64,000 bases of DNA from NCBI GenBank assembly GCA_019704295.1, contig AP024596.1, forward strand, positions 64,001 through 128,000. The letters are read 5' to 3'. Position 1 is the stretch's first letter. The number at the start of each line of letters is the position of its first letter. This document shows positions 18,372 to 28,500 of this stretch, piece after piece. The notes below the pieces were generated by a model. That model made no database searches. It was given only the letters and a program-made list of their open reading frames with translations, and had not been told where the DNA came from. The DNA is from Sulfolobales archaeon HS-7. GTDB taxonomy: Archaea; Thermoproteota; Thermoprotei_A; Sulfolobales; Sulfolobaceae. The translations under genes and the position numbers were made by a program.

Positions 18372-19199
18372 TTAAGTTACAAGCGAATGTAAGAGTTTAA
18401 GCGCATTATCCTTTAATATCTCACCTTTAATCTCATCGGGTATGTTAATTTCAGAGAATTCCCTAATCCATCTCTCTTGACTAATTAGCGGATAGTCTGA
18501 ACCGAAAAGTAACTTGCCGCGTAATCTCTTAGCGTTTTTCCAGATAACATCAGGAATGTATTTCGGCGACCACCCTGACAGATCTAAATAAACGTTAGGT
18601 TTATGTAGGGATATCGCTATTGCCTCGTCTGTCCATGGCCATCCGAAGTGAGCTAGAACGATCTTAGCGTTCTGGAACTCTACAGCGATCTCATCAAAGT
18701 AGATAGGCCTTCCATAATCGAGTCGTATCCCAGACTTAACGCCACTACCCACCCCAGAAGTACCTGTGTGAAAAACGATAATCATTCCCTCATCGTCTAT
18801 TACCTTATATAGTCTCTTAGCCCTTTCATCAAGAGGGTGAAATCCCTGAAGTTCTGGATGCAGCTTAACTCCTTTAGGTTCAAACCTTTTTATCGCCTCT
18901 CTTAGTTCGGTTTCAGCGTTTTGCTTTAAGGGGTCTACAGAAACGAACCTCACAATTCTATCGTCTTTTTCAATAACATCGTTAGGAATCCTTCTACCCA
19001 GAAAGGTAGATGCATCTATCGGTAGAAGCACGAACTGATTAATTCCCAGTGTTTGTCCCTCATCTAGGGAATCCTTAAGGGATTTTACATCGAATTTAGA
19101 ATTGAAGTACTTCAATGTGCTGTCCTTAAACTCCCCAAGGAAATCTAAGAATTCCCTTACTGGCGCATGAAAGTGGAAATCAACCGACATGTCAAACAC
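18372..19199 (-). CDS. Amidohydrolase family 2 protein
   Basis: DFHFH, GVKLHP, FHTG, AHFGWPW, LFGSDYP. Confidence 0.88.
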   Translation of the reverse strand: MFDMSVDFHFHAPVREFLDFLGEFKDSTLKYFNSKFDVKSLKDSLDEGQTLGINQFVLLPIDASTFLGRRIPNDVIEKDDRIVRFVSVDPLKQNAETELREAIKRFEPKGVKLHPELQGFHPLDERAKRLYKVIDDEGMIIVFHTGTSGVGSGVKSGIRLDYGRPIYFDEIAVEFQNAKIVLAHFGWPWTDEAIAISLHKPNVYLDLSGWSPKYIPDVIWKNAKRLRGKLLFGSDYPLISQERWIREFSEINIPDEIKGEILKDNALKLLHSLVT

Positions 19200-19947
19200 C
19201 GTGAGTTAAATTGTCGATTCTTCCTCCATCAATAACAATAGTCTGCCCTGTCATATATCTCGAATCCTCAGAAAGGAGGAATACCACTAAAGGGGATATA
19301 TCAGAGGGCTTTCCAGTAATTCCCAGAGACGTTTTAGATCTAAAGGAGGCCTTTATCCTTTCGACCTCCTCTTGGCTTTTTCCAGTTACAGTCATATCTG
19401 TTTCAATCCAACCGGGAGCTACTGCATTAACCCTTATTCCATATTTACCTAATTCAAAAGCCAATCTTTTCGTAAGTATTATTACAGAACTCTTAGTTAT
19501 GGCGTAAAAGGTAGTCCCCTCCGCTGCAGTGCCAATACCCGCATTTGACGCAATGTTAACAATAGAACCCCTAGTTCTCTTTAAGTGAGGAAGGAACTCT
19601 AATGTTGAGTATATTGTCCCCATTAAGTTGATTTTCAGCATCTCCATGAACGCAGTTTCATCATAGTTTTCGAAGTTCATCAATTTCATAATCCCTGCGT
19701 TATTTACAAGTCCGGATACTGTAATTCCTTCGCCCTCTATTTTCTCTCTAACTCTAGCTAGATCCTCCCTTTTGCTTACATCTGCCTTTTCCATGTGAAT
19801 TCCCGTTTGGGTTAATTCCTGAGCGTTTTCCTTTGACGAGTTGTAAGTTCCGTAGACGATATAACCTCTTTTCACCAAGTCTATGGCAATTTGCCTCCCA
19901 ATACCCCTCGAACTTCCGGTAACTAATACTGCGTGACTGGAATCCAT
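19192..19947 (-). CDS. Short-chain dehydrogenase/reductase (SDR)
   Basis: TGSSRGIG, NNAG, YxxxK (YAITK), RVNAVAPG, DGG. Confidence 0.92.
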   Translation of the reverse strand: MDSSHAVLVTGSSRGIGRQIAIDLVKRGYIVYGTYNSSKENAQELTQTGIHMEKADVSKREDLARVREKIEGEGITVSGLVNNAGIMKLMNFENYDETAFMEMLKINLMGTIYSTLEFLPHLKRTRGSIVNIASNAGIGTAAEGTTFYAITKSSVIILTKRLAFELGKYGIRVNAVAPGWIETDMTVTGKSQEEVERIKASFRSKTSLGITGKPSDISPLVVFLLSEDSRYMTGQTIVIDGGRIDNLTHGV

Positions 19948-20012
19948 AATAGTTTACTTACAATAGGATTTTTACGATTATGGTTATCCCATATCATTTC
20001 CCTCACCTTTAA

Positions 20013-20313
20013 CTTAATTGGGTTAAGGAGGCGAAAGTCCCCTTCCATGAGGATAGCCCCCTTATAGGAGGGTTTTTGTATTCATATGTCAAAATTTTCT
20101 TAGACCTTGGCTGAAAGAACTGGGACAGTACCATCGGGACTGGGGGAACTCAAGCCCCTGGAGAGAAAACCCTTCATAACCTATCTTCTACATGGGCATC
20201 ACAGAATGGTTCCAATCGATTGAACTTACGTTGTGGGTGAATGGAGATCATGTCTCTGAGAAGCAGGAAATCGCGATGCGGAGATACTTCGTCCGTGATG
20301 CTGGGGGTACTCT
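20013..20313 (+). mobile_element. IS200/IS605-derived non-autonomous remnant
   Basis: TTTAA followed by gggttaaggaggcgaaagtcccc...ggatagcccc left end, shared with 32599-32715. Right-end-like gaagcaggaa...cttcgtccgtgatgctgggggta. Confidence 0.6.
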
Positions 20314-20427
20314 AAAGCATTTTCTACATTTAGCGATTTATTCCCTTCCTTCATGTCTTCTTAAACGTGTTTAACAAATGAAGGGTTTCCATTACTAAAC
20401 AAGAGGTATAAAAAGGAGAGAGAGGGT

Positions 20428-21333
20428 TTACTCGAAAATTGGTTTTTTCTCCCTTACAAAGGTACCTCTTTTCAGGTCTAAGAGTGCCTCAGCTATCTGA
20501 TCTTGAGTGTTCATAACTATGGGACCATACCACGCTATGGGTTCCCTCAAGGGTCTCCCAGAAAGGAAGATTACATTAGCCCCTCTCTCGGTTCTTACAT
20601 AGACACTATCGCCGTCTTCAAGTATTATTAAATGACCTTTGGGTATACCTGTAGAATTCTCCCTCGACACTTTGATGGAGCCACTTACGACGTAAATTAA
20701 CGAAGTGTATCCATTTTTTACAGGTATCGTTATGTCCTTTTCCGGTGAAAGCGTTATATCCAAATAAGTTGGATCAGCATCGAAACCCGCCTTTATGTCA
20801 CTTTTAACTCCGTCGAATTCCCCACCTATTACCTTCACAATTCCACCATCTATTTTAAGGGTAGGAATTTCGTTTCTCCTCTTATCCCTGTAAATCGGTG
20901 TAGTCATTTTTCTATTTGCAGGAAGGTTTATCCATAGTTGAAGCCCCATAACCGCTGTATCTGGAATTGGGGTCTGTAAGATTCCCTTATCAGAAGGGTC
21001 TAAGGGTCGCGGCATTTCCTGATGGTAAATTCCGCTTCCAGCAGTCATCCACTGAGTATCTCCAGGGTAAAGAACGCCAGCATTTCCCTCGCTATCCTGA
21101 TGTTCCACTTTACCCCTTGTAAGGTAAGTAACGGTCTCTATGCCTCTATGCGGATGCCATGGAAATCCAGCTATGTAATCTTCTATATTTGTTGACCCGA
21201 AGAAATCGAGTAAGAGGAAAGGGTCAGTTAAATCGTAAGTATTTGGACCCCCGAACACCCTATATAATTTAACCCCAGCACCGTCTATTGTTGATCTTCC
21301 TTCAATTAATCCCGAGACCTTTCTGTAATCCAT
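20428..21333 (-). CDS. Pirin family protein
   Basis: DPFLLLD, GFPWHPHRGIETVTY, QWMTAGSGIYHQEMP, GPIVMN. Confidence 0.95.
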   Translation of the reverse strand: MDYRKVSGLIEGRSTIDGAGVKLYRVFGGPNTYDLTDPFLLLDFFGSTNIEDYIAGFPWHPHRGIETVTYLTRGKVEHQDSEGNAGVLYPGDTQWMTAGSGIYHQEMPRPLDPSDKGILQTPIPDTAVMGLQLWINLPANRKMTTPIYRDKRRNEIPTLKIDGGIVKVIGGEFDGVKSDIKAGFDADPTYLDITLSPEKDITIPVKNGYTSLIYVVSGSIKVSRENSTGIPKGHLIILEDGDSVYVRTERGANVIFLSGRPLREPIAWYGPIVMNTQDQIAEALLDLKRGTFVREKKPIFE

Positions 21334-21533
21334 TTTACATCTTTAAGTAAATTGCCCCCAGATAATTTAATAGCGAGTTATGAAAGTTACACGGTATTAT
21401 TCAGGACTTACCGTGCACTAATATGTTTAAATAACTACAAAAGTTCATATATTTCCTTATTGCAGTATAAACATGTATAGAAAAATATTGGGGGTTTATT
21501 AACTAATATTCTGATCTATTATTTAGATAAACA

Positions 21534-21905
21534 ATGTCGTTAACTAATATAGAGAAAATAAAACTCCCTGGAGGAAGAGAGGTGAGCATTAATGAATTGC
21601 TTTCCTTCATTTATGGTGTACCTAAAGCTGATATAGAGATCCTGAGAATTATAGAGAAGAAGGGTAAGGCCACTACCGATGAAATATCTGAAATGTTGAG
21701 GACTACTAAACCCTCAGTGAGTAAGTCGTTAAATAACCTGGTCAAAAAGGGACTTATTGAAAGAGAAAAGTTAAGGGACGGCACCAGAAGGGGAAGACCT
21801 GTGTTTATATATAAGGTCTCATCAAATCTACTAGACGAGAAAATCATTGCCGATCTTAATCAGGTAACCTCTGATATAAGGGAGAAATTAAAAAAAGCTA
21901 ATTAA
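21534..21905 (+). CDS. Lrs14-family winged-helix DNA-binding protein
   Basis: KIKLPGGREV N-terminus, SVSKSLNNL..KGLIER, GRP..IY wing, as in Sulfolobales Lrs14 proteins. Confidence 0.75.
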   Translation: MSLTNIEKIKLPGGREVSINELLSFIYGVPKADIEILRIIEKKGKATTDEISEMLRTTKPSVSKSLNNLVKKGLIEREKLRDGTRRGRPVFIYKVSSNLLDEKIIADLNQVTSDIREKLKKAN

Positions 21906-22390
21906 ACTTCTTTTTTTCTGTAAAGTAAACTTCTCAATATTAAGTAGGCCAAAAACAGCCCACCGAAAAGCATGAGCAGTTCTGATGTAATCACAATAGC
22001 GTAATTTCCATATTCCTCAGCATAGGCTTCCCCGGGGGACGCTAGAATTAAACTGACGAGGACATTTTGAGTAGGACCAGCGTAGACTAATGAGTAGTTA
22101 CCTACTGATAAATAGACAAAGGGAGGGGGAAGAGTCAGGTTAGCCTCTAATTCACCATTTTTATATAATAGAATGTTCCCATCACTTACGTTAATGTACA
22201 TAACCATAACCCTTGATATGGTTACATTAAGCGAATACAATACAGTCCCATTAGTTAGCGTTACAATCCTCTTGTTTCCCAAAAGTTGATGTTCGAATGT
22301 AAAGTAGTATGGCGTTAAATACGGAGTAAGGACAAATAGAGTTAGTCCTATCGCAAAAATTAGAAGAGATGAAATGATTTTCTTATCCAC
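21902..22390 (-). CDS. Hypothetical membrane protein (N- and C-terminal TM helices)
   Basis: Hydrophobic ends, extracellular domain with N-x-S/T sequons, basic C-terminal tail. Confidence 0.65.
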   Translation of the reverse strand: MDKKIISSLLIFAIGLTLFVLTPYLTPYYFTFEHQLLGNKRIVTLTNGTVLYSLNVTISRVMVMYINVSDGNILLYKNGELEANLTLPPPFVYLSVGNYSLVYAGPTQNVLVSLILASPGEAYAEEYGNYAIVITSELLMLFGGLFLAYLILRSLLYRKKEV

Positions 22391-22779
22391 TTAATACTCT
22401 TTTAGGCAGGGCAATATAAATTAAGATGTTACTGTTAACTTGCACTTTTACCATTGTCATGACGGAGGCTTTACGATAAATATGTCGATTGAACTTACGA
22501 CATTGTGCTAGCAAAGATCACCACATAAAGGGTAATGTATGTGCCATAAGGAAGAATTAGGCCATTAAAACATTCACCTTAATTGGGGAACTTAAGGATT
22601 GGGATGTATAGATCCTTATGCTTAAATATGGGTCCTTACTAAACTACTAATAACAGCCATTGAGGTAGTCGCAGAGACGACCTAGGGAGAACTTTAGTAT
22701 ACCTCGGCTCCGCTCGAGTATCATTGAGAACATAGTGAAAGTAAAATAGTAGTGGTACTTAGTATCGGTAGAGTTACCT

Positions 22780-22830
22780 GGGCAAGACGAGTGGGCGCGA
22801 AATCCTGTCCGTAGGATAGGTAGCAGTTAT
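22780..22830 (+). mobile_element. Degenerate IS200/IS605 right-end remnant
   Basis: gaaatcctgtccgtaggataggtagcagtt hairpin resembles the right ends at about 20290 and 54010. Confidence 0.35.
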
Positions 22831-22980
22831 TGGAGAATGACATATATCTCGAAGGCGTCGTATATCACAGCTGGACTTTGACCGATTAGGATCGTAAGGA
22901 GGTTACGCGACCTCTGTTAGATAGGTAAAATACTATAGTGGAATCCCTACCATACAAAATTCATTCCAGCAAAGGCAGAA

Positions 22981-23126
22981 ATGTGTGAGGCTACGCTACA
23001 CGGTTCACCTGTCGCATGACGCAAAAATCCGTTAAAGCGCAACGTCTCTGAGGAGATGATGCACGATCCTTGGAGACGTCAAAAACTCTTACGCTGACTG
23101 ATGAGGAATGAGGTGATCTCTGAATG
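22981..23126 (+). ncRNA. Candidate K-loop / box C/D-like structured RNA
   Basis: 13-bp stem (23042-23054 with 23067-23079) closed by GAU-GA-UGCAC-GA; CUGAUGA at 23098; CUGA at 23120; intervening UGAGGUGAUC complementary to the 16S rRNA 3' end. Confidence 0.35.
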
Positions 23127-23132
23127 GTGATG

Positions 23133-25856
23133 TCAATCAATCCAGTATTTCCTATTCCTAATGAAGTTCCTCTCAGCATCCAATAGGGTCTTATAAAACG
23201 CATCCTCCCCTTGGGAGAGCTTAGATAACATCCTACCCATGTTGTGAGGTCCAACCCCAGGCGTAACGAAAGCCACAGCAGCTAGCTTCCTATACGTCGA
23301 GAATAGCGAAGAAGTAATCTTTATTTCCTCAATTTTCTCTCTCTCCTCTTTATGTAACTTTCCATTTGTCTTAACCTTGTCCAAGAGCTTTTTATCGATC
23401 GTGTCCTCAGGCTCGTGAAGTGATAGGAATACGGAGCCGCACTTGGGGCATTTCTCAGGTACATCCTTCACCTTAAATACGCTGTTCCAGTAACATATGC
23501 TACATAAAAGCTTGACACTTCTCTGCTGCAGCTTTCGTTTAAATATTTCCAGCATAAAGGGTTCACCACTATCACGAACCATTATTTTCTCTAGGAACTG
23601 CTTTGAGAGCGGAGAGGGGTCAACAGTTTCAACAACGGCAAATTTCCACTTCTTTACCTCAGTAAAGACGTTAACGTCATAGCTGTACTTCTCGAGCTCA
23701 TTAACTGCCTCCTCACCTATTATAGTATTAACGTACGCGTCGAGCATCGTTTTAGTAATCTTTACGTTGGCGTCCTTGTCTATTGCTCCAAACCTTATAG
23801 CCTCGGTTACTATCTTCCACTTATACTGAGGACTGTTAATTATGGCCTTTCTCAACCACCCCCTTAATACTTCCTCTGAATTCTGCGTAAGGAATTCCAG
23901 AGCCTGTTCCACATCATTCTTCGATATTAGGTAGGGGGACGCAATGGCTATGTGGTAAGCGTCAGATCTATATGTAACTCTTCCCCCAGTTCTGTTTAAG
24001 AGAAAGAGGGAAATCAATGCACCTATTGTGTTGTTTCCCCTAGTCCCCATGGGGAGGTTAATGACAACTAAACCACCTTTTAATACCTCCGTCAACGCCG
24101 TATCCTCAGCAGGACTTGGAAATCCCCTTCTCCTCAACTCGGCAAGCATTTTGTTTATTTCCTCCTTTACTTTTTCGTCTTGAATATCCGAACTCGCTAT
24201 AAATCTCCTGTAAACTTCAGTTGCTACCTGAATCTCTACAGGTATCGTCTCTCCATACCATGAGGGGAGATGTCCTGACGAGGTCTGAGTTCTCTCTAAG
24301 AAGACTTTATCGTTCTCTATACTTATAACTCTCCATAACTTTCCGCTAAGTACTATTACGTCGTCCTCGGAAAGCGTGGAGACGAAGTCCTTATCTAGAG
24401 TGCCTATTTTCTGGTCACTAACCATGTCAATTGCCAGGAAATTCGACGAGCTTTCAGGTATCATTGAGACAGAAAAAGCGTACTTCCAGATTCTTCTAGA
24501 CTTACCTAGTTTTCCATTCTTTTCCGATATTATGTAGGCCGACTTTAGGAACTCCACGACATTCATGAACCTCTCATACTCTAAGGTCCTAAAGTAAAAG
24601 GACTTCCTTACGATATCATATATTTTCTCAGGTTCTGAATACCCTTCCATTACCATAAGCGCTATTTGATGTGCAACTACGTCAAGCGCATCTTCTTCCG
24701 TTATTGGCTTCTCGAGTTTTCCCTCCTTTGCGAAGTCGGTTATCACAATACACTCTACTACGTCCTCTACCTGACTTGTCGGCACAACCACACCATTAGG
24801 CACCTTTTTAAAAAAATGACCGCTTCTCCCAACCCTCTGGATTAATCTTAATGCCTGTCTTGGGGACGAGTATTGTATCACAGTATTTATTGTTCCTACG
24901 TCTATACCAAGCTCAAGGCTGGATGTGGCCACTAAGGCGTCTAGTTTGCCTGCCTTAAACTCCTTTTCTGCGGAAACTCTCACATCTCTTGATAATGAGC
25001 CGTGATGAACCTCAACGTTTAACTTGAATAAATTTCTCAAAACATTGGAGAGGTACTCCGCAGTCTCCCTTGTATTAGTAAATAGTAAAACAGGTTTCCT
25101 TGTCCTAATGATGTCACTTATGTATTTAACCCTAGCGTAGGTTTCAGGACTTAAACCGCTCTCTACGACCTTATCTACTTCCTCCCCGGGGTTAGGAATT
25201 GCCACTTCTATTTTCATCTCCCTTGATATGTTAACTAACGCTATATCAACGTCTCCCTCAGGATGGAGGAAATGCTTTGCCGCTTCAATTTCTCCAATAG
25301 TAGCTGAAATCCCTATTACCTGAATCTTCTGTTTCGCTCTTATCTTAAGCCTTTCAACGGCTATTGACATTTCGTATCCCCTTTTATCGTCAAGCATTTC
25401 TTGAACTTCGTCTATTATGAGCCACCTTACGTTGGACAAGTATTCCCTTAGCTTCTGATTTATTAGCAGGAACTCAAAAGTTTCAGGGGTGGTGATCAGG
25501 AGATCCGGAGGTTCTTTCTCTATACGCCTTCTGTCTCTCTCAGTTGAATCTCCGTGTCTAACTCCTACAGATACTCCGAAAGCCGATGCTATTTTCGTTA
25601 ATCGTACCTCTATATCTCTGTTTAACGCCCTAAGTGGAGTTACATATATGCCAGATATCTTCTCAGGCCTTTCTATTAGAATTTCCGTGAATACAGGTAT
25701 TACCGCCGCTTCGGTTTTCCCGAATCCTGTAGGGGCCACTATTAACGTGTTCTTTCCGCTGAGAACCTTAGGTATGGCTATCTTCTGGATCGGCGTTAAC
25801 TCGGTGTAGCCCAGCAATTTCATTCTAGTTGCTAATATTTCCAACGTCTCCTGCAT
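23133..25856 (-). CDS. lhr: Lhr-family SF2 DNA helicase
   Basis: APTGFGKT, TPLRALNRD, IIDEVQE, ISAT, HHGSLS, ATSSLELGIDVG, QRVGRSGH; C-terminal CxxC...CPKC. Confidence 0.93.
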   Translation of the reverse strand: MQETLEILATRMKLLGYTELTPIQKIAIPKVLSGKNTLIVAPTGFGKTEAAVIPVFTEILIERPEKISGIYVTPLRALNRDIEVRLTKIASAFGVSVGVRHGDSTERDRRRIEKEPPDLLITTPETFEFLLINQKLREYLSNVRWLIIDEVQEMLDDKRGYEMSIAVERLKIRAKQKIQVIGISATIGEIEAAKHFLHPEGDVDIALVNISREMKIEVAIPNPGEEVDKVVESGLSPETYARVKYISDIIRTRKPVLLFTNTRETAEYLSNVLRNLFKLNVEVHHGSLSRDVRVSAEKEFKAGKLDALVATSSLELGIDVGTINTVIQYSSPRQALRLIQRVGRSGHFFKKVPNGVVVPTSQVEDVVECIVITDFAKEGKLEKPITEEDALDVVAHQIALMVMEGYSEPEKIYDIVRKSFYFRTLEYERFMNVVEFLKSAYIISEKNGKLGKSRRIWKYAFSVSMIPESSSNFLAIDMVSDQKIGTLDKDFVSTLSEDDVIVLSGKLWRVISIENDKVFLERTQTSSGHLPSWYGETIPVEIQVATEVYRRFIASSDIQDEKVKEEINKMLAELRRRGFPSPAEDTALTEVLKGGLVVINLPMGTRGNNTIGALISLFLLNRTGGRVTYRSDAYHIAIASPYLISKNDVEQALEFLTQNSEEVLRGWLRKAIINSPQYKWKIVTEAIRFGAIDKDANVKITKTMLDAYVNTIIGEEAVNELEKYSYDVNVFTEVKKWKFAVVETVDPSPLSKQFLEKIMVRDSGEPFMLEIFKRKLQQRSVKLLCSICYWNSVFKVKDVPEKCPKCGSVFLSLHEPEDTIDKKLLDKVKTNGKLHKEEREKIEEIKITSSLFSTYRKLAAVAFVTPGVGPHNMGRMLSKLSQGEDAFYKTLLDAERNFIRNRKYWID

Positions 25857-25896
25857 GAATGATATTTAACATCAATCTCACAAATATAAGAGTAAA

Positions 25897-27501
25897 ATGA
25901 ACGAAGTGCGACATGGACTAATACTGACTACGTTGATCGCTGTACTTTTTCTTTCACAGAAACTTGAGATCATGTTCTTTGCAGGGATTGCAGTGTTTAT
26001 TGCACTAGGATTTCTTTCCTCCTGGTACTATAGTTCGCCTTTTACAGCTATGTTCTACCTTCCGGTAATATTAGTTACGGGTTATCTCTTAGGAAAATTC
26101 ACCAGTCCTTTCCTTATACTCGGCTTCTTATTCGGTATAGCTCTTTACTTAATTTGGAATACTGCCCTATCACGTGGTTTTTCCGATGCTGTTATAAGGA
26201 ATTTAAGGTACTTTAGGACTCCCTCAAAGAGGTTAATTATTTCGTCTACGATCGGATTGGTTGTATGTGCGGTATACCTTTTTTCCTCAAAAACTTGGAT
26301 TCTCTTCCCAGGAAGCGTAATAAACCTCTATCTCTTAATCACGAGCGATTACTCTCCTACCGATGCGATAATTCTGATCATGCTTAACTGGTTTTCAATT
26401 CCCTTTTTACTGTCGGATAGAGAAGTTTCAATTGGAAGAGGGGAATACTGCTTTTCCATCATTGCGATAATCCAGAAGGGGCTAGGTCATTCCCCCGTGA
26501 AAACGGAGGGAAGATATCATTGGGTTAAGTCGAGAGGTCGCTTATGCCTAAGCGTAACGGATAGGGAGAATTACAATACCACGATAATAGGTTCTAGCGG
26601 TACCGGAAAATCCCATCTAGTTAAGAAAACGCTTAGAGACATTTCACTCAACTACATTATCATTGATATTCATGGGGAATACGACATTCCTGGGGCGCTT
26701 CACGTAGATATGGCTTCCAACGGAATAAACCCCTTTTCGCTTTTCGGAAAAACTCCCCATGACAGAAGTCTTGAGATCGCCTCAATGCTGGCTTCGGTAT
26801 TTAACCTCGGAAGCATCCAAACCGTAACTTTAGCCAATCTGATCCACGAACTATATCAGACGGTTGAAACTAGTAAAGGGGATTTAAGTGCGTTACCTAC
26901 ATTTGAGGACCTTAAAAAGCTAATGGAAGCAAAGGTAAGGTTCGGTGGAGATATGCAGGAAATTGCGGTAATTCAACGACTACTTCCTTACGTTAATTTC
27001 CTCTCGGCTTATACCAATTTCAGTGAGTCTGAGTTTAACGTAGAGGGAGGAAGAGTTGTGATAGACTTCTCTAAAGTTGTCTCTGACGAATTAAGGTATA
27101 TACTCCTAGAAACGTTCTTATCCTCGATCCTGGGTCAAGCGTACAGAAGAGGTCCTTCACCTCTTCACACAATTTTAGTAATAGACGAAGCACCTTTTTT
27201 GCTCAGTAGGGAATCCGGAAGAAATATAGCTCTTAGATTTTTTGCTGAGGGGAGGAAGTTTGGGATCGGAACAATAATTGTATCCCAGTTCGGAAAACTA
27301 GTTAAGGAAGCAATTAATAACTCTTCCACGATAATCTGCTTTAAAGTTAACGATCCTGAGGACATAGATTACATGTCAAGGGTATTTAGCTCTGGGAACA
27401 ACGAAATGGCTAATGTCGTTAAATCCGCTCTGAACACGTTAAAAAGAGGGGAATTTATAATAAAGGAGAAAAGCGAATTAATATTAGGAAGGAGTTATTA
27501 G
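25897..27501 (+). CDS. Membrane-anchored HerA/VirB4-like (DUF87) ATPase
   Basis: About 6 N-terminal TM helices; Walker A GSSGTGKS, DIHGEY, Walker B LVIDEAP, EGRKFGIG..IVSQ. Confidence 0.85.
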   Translation: MNEVRHGLILTTLIAVLFLSQKLEIMFFAGIAVFIALGFLSSWYYSSPFTAMFYLPVILVTGYLLGKFTSPFLILGFLFGIALYLIWNTALSRGFSDAVIRNLRYFRTPSKRLIISSTIGLVVCAVYLFSSKTWILFPGSVINLYLLITSDYSPTDAIILIMLNWFSIPFLLSDREVSIGRGEYCFSIIAIIQKGLGHSPVKTEGRYHWVKSRGRLCLSVTDRENYNTTIIGSSGTGKSHLVKKTLRDISLNYIIIDIHGEYDIPGALHVDMASNGINPFSLFGKTPHDRSLEIASMLASVFNLGSIQTVTLANLIHELYQTVETSKGDLSALPTFEDLKKLMEAKVRFGGDMQEIAVIQRLLPYVNFLSAYTNFSESEFNVEGGRVVIDFSKVVSDELRYILLETFLSSILGQAYRRGPSPLHTILVIDEAPFLLSRESGRNIALRFFAEGRKFGIGTIIVSQFGKLVKEAINNSSTIICFKVNDPEDIDYMSRVFSSGNNEMANVVKSALNTLKRGEFIIKEKSELILGRSY

Positions 27502-27517
27502 AGAATAATGAGTAGTT

Positions 27518-27763
27518 ATGTCTTCAGAGGAGGATAGTGAGGGGGAAGACAAAAGGGAGGAGGAGGAAGATGAGGATGAGGGCTTTTCAAGTTCAATGTC
27601 TATAAATGATATTGAGTACTTTGTAGAGAGAACGCAGTTACTCGAGGATATTGTAAGCGGTAGGAAAACTATAGAACAGGCATCAAAGGATACTGTGCAC
27701 AAAGAGGTAAAAACTAGAAAAAGAAACACCAGGAGAGGGAAGAAAAAGGAGGAAGATGAATGA
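27518..27763 (+). CDS. rpo13: RNA polymerase subunit Rpo13
   Basis: Acidic N-terminus, core SINDIEYFVERTQLLEDIVSGRKTIEQA, basic C-tail; directly upstream of pcna as in other Sulfolobales. Confidence 0.85.
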   Translation: MSSEEDSEGEDKREEEEDEDEGFSSSMSINDIEYFVERTQLLEDIVSGRKTIEQASKDTVHKEVKTRKRNTRRGKKKEEDE

Positions 27764-28497
27764 GAATAGAATACTCGAACGTAGGTAACCTTACAGAACT
27801 TCTTCAATCAATGGGGAAATTTACCGATAAAATTACTCTTAATTTCACCGGGGATAAGCTCTACTCAATCCACCTCACTGAAGATAAATCTGTCCTTTTA
27901 ATCTTAGAACTAAAAAAGGAGGCATTTAACGAATATTCTGTTGATGAAAACATTTCGATCTCCATTCCGTCAGATAACGTGAAATCTATACTTGGTAAGT
28001 TCAGGAGAGGAACGGTAGAAATGGCAATAACTAACGATAGGTTAAGATTTGTTGTTAGGGAGTCAAAGGGTGTAAAAAACACAGTGAGCGTGAAAATTGA
28101 GAAGGAGGAACAGCAAAAAATCATCGAACTAAAGGTAAAGAGTGGGTTTACATTTACCTTGCCAGATGGGGGCATGTTAAGGAGAGTAGTTGAGGACGCA
28201 GGGACTATAGGGGAGACGGTGAAAGTAGAGGGTAAAAAGGACGCAGTGATATTCTCCACCTCCGAGTTAGGAAAAAGCTACGTTGCTGCTTTAAAGCAGG
28301 GAAAACCTCTAGAATCTCTATCCGTTGAAGAGGAGGGGTATTCTAATTACGCTGTAGAGATCTTAGATTCAACGGTGAGCGCAATTACGAAATTAGGAAA
28401 GCTTGAGGTGTCGTCTGGTAATAACATTCCCATAAAACTTAAAGCTATAGTCTCTGACTTCGCCTCTTTGACAGCGTGGGTGGCTCCTAGAGCATAA
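27760..28497 (+). CDS. pcn: DNA polymerase sliding clamp PCNA (PCNA1-like)
   Basis: 245 aa; HLTEDKSVL, C-terminal WVAPR; synteny with rpo13. Confidence 0.88.
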   Translation: MRIEYSNVGNLTELLQSMGKFTDKITLNFTGDKLYSIHLTEDKSVLLILELKKEAFNEYSVDENISISIPSDNVKSILGKFRRGTVEMAITNDRLRFVVRESKGVKNTVSVKIEKEEQQKIIELKVKSGFTFTLPDGGMLRRVVEDAGTIGETVKVEGKKDAVIFSTSELGKSYVAALKQGKPLESLSVEEEGYSNYAVEILDSTVSAITKLGKLEVSSGNNIPIKLKAIVSDFASLTAWVAPRA

Positions 28498-28500
28498 TCT

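Noticed and set aside
20192-20374. 60-aa ORF
   Set aside because: Mostly overlaps an IS605 remnant and has no protein-like features.
23098-23126. Hammerhead ribozyme core (CUGAUGA...GAA)
   Set aside because: Followed by GAAU rather than GAAA, and stems II and III cannot be formed convincingly.
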